From contig JBHGNT010000004.1 of the NCBI GenBank assembly GCA_043228905.1, positions 12,462,001 through 12,526,000 of the forward strand: a stretch of 64,000 bases of DNA, written 5' to 3'. The notes beneath the pieces were generated by a model, which had not been told where the DNA came from, did not search any database, and saw only the letters and a list, made by a program, of their open reading frames with translations. This document shows, piece by piece, positions 61,097 to 64,000 of the stretch (positions within the stretch are counted from its first letter, which is position 1; every line of letters begins with the position of its first letter). A program made the translations under genes and the position numbers. This DNA comes from Azolla caroliniana (lineage: Eukaryota; Plantae; Polypodiophyta).

Positions 61097-64000
61097 TGTA
61101 AAAACAAAGGTGTGGAAGCGTTAGCCAACCGGCTTGGCCGAATAGCAACAGAGACAGAGACAGAAAGAGAGAGATTAACACACAGAAAGTACACAAGAGA
61201 GACAGAGAAAGAGTAGAACAACTTAAATCTATTATCAACAACTCTGTAAATTCTCTGTACATACAACATGCTCAACAACACTATTTATACACGTCTTAAG
61301 AGGATTGACAGAAGTACAATGTACTTCCATGCTGACACGAGCCTCTGGCACTAACTACGAGACATTAACTACCTACTAGTCTAGGCTACTACTAGGCTTC
61401 CGGTTACTGCTGGATCCGGCTAACTGGTTCCCCAGCTCACTGACTCACTTGCTGACCAGCTCACCGGCTCACCGATCCGGCTCATCCTTCTAGATGCCGA
61501 TCTGGCTCATGCTTATTCAGCCGATCTGGATCCAGTTGAGCTTGTCGCTCAACACTCCCCCTCAAGTTCAACTTGAGGTCGGATCGTAGTGTCAGTCTCC
61601 ATGGTAGCCGGTCCTTCCACCCGGGTCCTTTTGGCGTCACTCTACCTCGCTCACGCTCCTCGTCCAGCCCAGTCCCGTTTGTTGCGGCCCTTCTGATTTT
61701 GCGCACGTCAACCTCCTCGGTCGGCTTGTCTGCTCAACATGCCCAATTCAGCTCCCTCACTGTTGTGACTTCAGCGCTTGCCGATTCGCCGATTCCTTCG
61801 TGTTGGCGTCGATTTTCTCTGCCTTCTCGTCCTCTTGGCCTTTAATTTATCCGGTTCTTCCAAATCCGTCTGTTGAACCGAATTGGTTGTCTCCGATTTG
61901 TTCTAGCTCTTGTCCAAATCGGTCGCTTGCAATTCGTCTTTCAATTCCAGGCTGCTTGTTACGACTTGTTCGGATGTGTCAACTTCCTTTGTCGACTCGG
62001 CTCCTTTCTTATTCTTGTCTCTCCCTTTGTCGGTTCTTCCCTCACCGGTGCAATCGATAGTTTCTTTGCCTTTGCCCGTTCCAATGTCTTTGCCCGTTCT
62101 CCCCCTCAAGTGTGGCACGTCGAGATGCTGAACACCAATCATTTCGATGAAGTGCTGCAACTTGTCCGACCCGAGCGGTTTGGTGAAGATATCGGCAACT
62201 TGCTGATCTGTATGAACATGCCGAAGTTTGACTTCACCGCTCAGGTCACGCTCATGCACGAAGTGGTAGTGCACTTGTATGTGCTTTGTGTGAGCATGGA
62301 ATACGGGGTTCTTGGTGAGCTACATGCTGCTTATGTTGTCGCTGTAGATCAGGATTGGGGACGGCACCTCGATCCGTAGGTCTTGCAACAATCGCCGAAG
62401 CCAAATGGCTTCAAAGGTGGCAACGATAGCGCCCCGGTATTCAGCCTCAGTGCTCGAAAGGGCCACTGTTGGCTGCTTTTTGCTGCTCCATGCAACAGCC
62501 GCGCTACCCAGGGAAAACATACAGTCGGAGGTGGATCGACGATCCGATGCATCGTCGGCCTAGTCGGTATCGGTGTAGCCGACTAGCTCTTCAGTTATAC
62601 CATGCCGGTATAACAGTCCCCGGTCCTTCGTGCCGCTCACATATCGGAAAATTTGATGCATGCATAGAAGGTGCTCCATGGTCGGCTTCTGCATATATTG
62701 GCTGATCACGCCGACCGGATAACTGATGTCGGGTTGGGTGATTGTCAAATATATAAGGCTTCCGACGATTTGTTGGAACCGCTTCTCATCGCAGGCCGGT
62801 CCGGAGTCGGGACGGAGCTTCTGGTTCCGGTCCAGGGGTGTGGAGATCGGTCGGCATTCCGTCATGCCGAGCTTGCACAACATATTCAACACATAGTGTC
62901 TTTATGAGAGCAATATGCCATCGGGGGTTCGGATCACCTCGACCCCAAGGAAATAGTGAAGGTCCCCCAGGTCCTTCATCTCAATTGCGTCCGACAGTTG
63001 GGACTTGACTCGGCTGATTTCATCGAGTCCGGGTCCGGTGATGATTAGATCATCAACATACCACAAGATGCAAACTGGACCATCTGGACCTTACTAGATG
63101 AACAATGAAGAGTCAAACTTGGAGGCCGCAAAGCCATCTTATGCAACCGGTGCGTAATCTTCGCATTCCAAGCTCAGGGGGCTTGCTTCAGGCCATAAAG
63201 TGACTTCTTCAGTCGGCATACCGTCGACTTGTTCATCTCCGATTGGAAACCGGGGGGTTAGGTCATAAAGACCTCTTCTTCAAGATTTCCTTGAAGAAAT
63301 GCATTCTTCACGTCCATCTGGAGAAGATGTCACTCCCTTGCCGTAGCAACTGCTAGCACCACAGGAACCGTCGTCATCTTCGCTACTGGAACGAAGGTCT
63401 CGTCATAAAGACCTCTTCTTCAAGATTCCGTGGGTCTGTGCGTATACCTTCACCACTAACCGAGCCTTGTACCGGTTAACCGAACCGTCGACATTGTACT
63501 TTACCTTGTACACCCACTTACATCTGATCAGTTTAGAGTGTCGGGGAGAGTCAACTAGGTCACATGTGTCGTTGGCATCAAGTGCCCACATTTCTTCCTC
63601 CATAGTGGCACGCCAAGTTGCGTCCTTTGCCGCTTCTGCGTAGCTCTCCGGCTCACGCACTTCCGCCACCTTGGTCATGTACGCATAGTGATGCGTCATG
63701 TACTCATTGTACCCGTACCGCTTTACGAGGTTCTTCTGGAGGGAAGACTGGCGTAACTTATCGTTACCCGGTTTGAGGCCCTTCTTGGTCGGTTCGGTCT
63801 TCGTTGCCGAAGGGCCGCCTTCTTCTTTTTCGGAGTCGGATCCGCTCTGATCCGACTCACCATTGCCAGTTTCTTGCTATGACATCTTCCTCTTCCCCTT
63901 TTCTTTGCGCATGAACTGTCTCCTCGGTTCCTTGCGCGGGGGGAACACGACAGAGTCTCCACTACTCACTGGTTCATCTTCCGATTGGTCTGTCTGACCC
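61097..64000 (-). mobile_element. Ty1/copia family A copy 3: 3' LTR 61097-61554, RNase H and RT, continuing past the window end
   Basis: The LTR start tgttgagcgacaagctcaac on - is preceded by the PPT at 61555-61566. [25 protein letters not shown] and YAYMTKVAEVREPESY are present. Confidence 0.93.

Overview
There is no intact host gene in this window. It is a heterochromatin-type pile of nested, mostly decayed transposons from a land-plant genome, probably a non-seed plant (fern, lycophyte or bryophyte; inferred from the element types). Bases ~1150-26460 appear to be one large DNA transposon. It has a spliced Sola2-like DDE transposase pseudogene on + and a convergent multi-exon accessory pseudogene on - that encodes a RING-H2-like finger and a degenerate FCP1/NIF HAD-phosphatase-like domain. 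One intron of each gene is filled by the same palindromic TAGCTAATTAGCTA satellite. Two retroelements inserted into this transposon: a chromodomain Ty3/gypsy element (2013-6825) that appears to self-prime like Tf1, and a Ty1/copia element (14330-25180) that carries a second copia (18051-23674). The rest of the window holds further copia and gypsy elements and fragments. These include a tRNA-Trp-primed gypsy (34004-45900) whose 5' LTR is about 1.4 kb longer than its 3' LTR because of a CpG-rich higher-order repeat, a copia family with a duplicated PPT at conserved spacing, and several templated-insertion repair scars. All family assignments come from motif recognition by eye; no searches were run.
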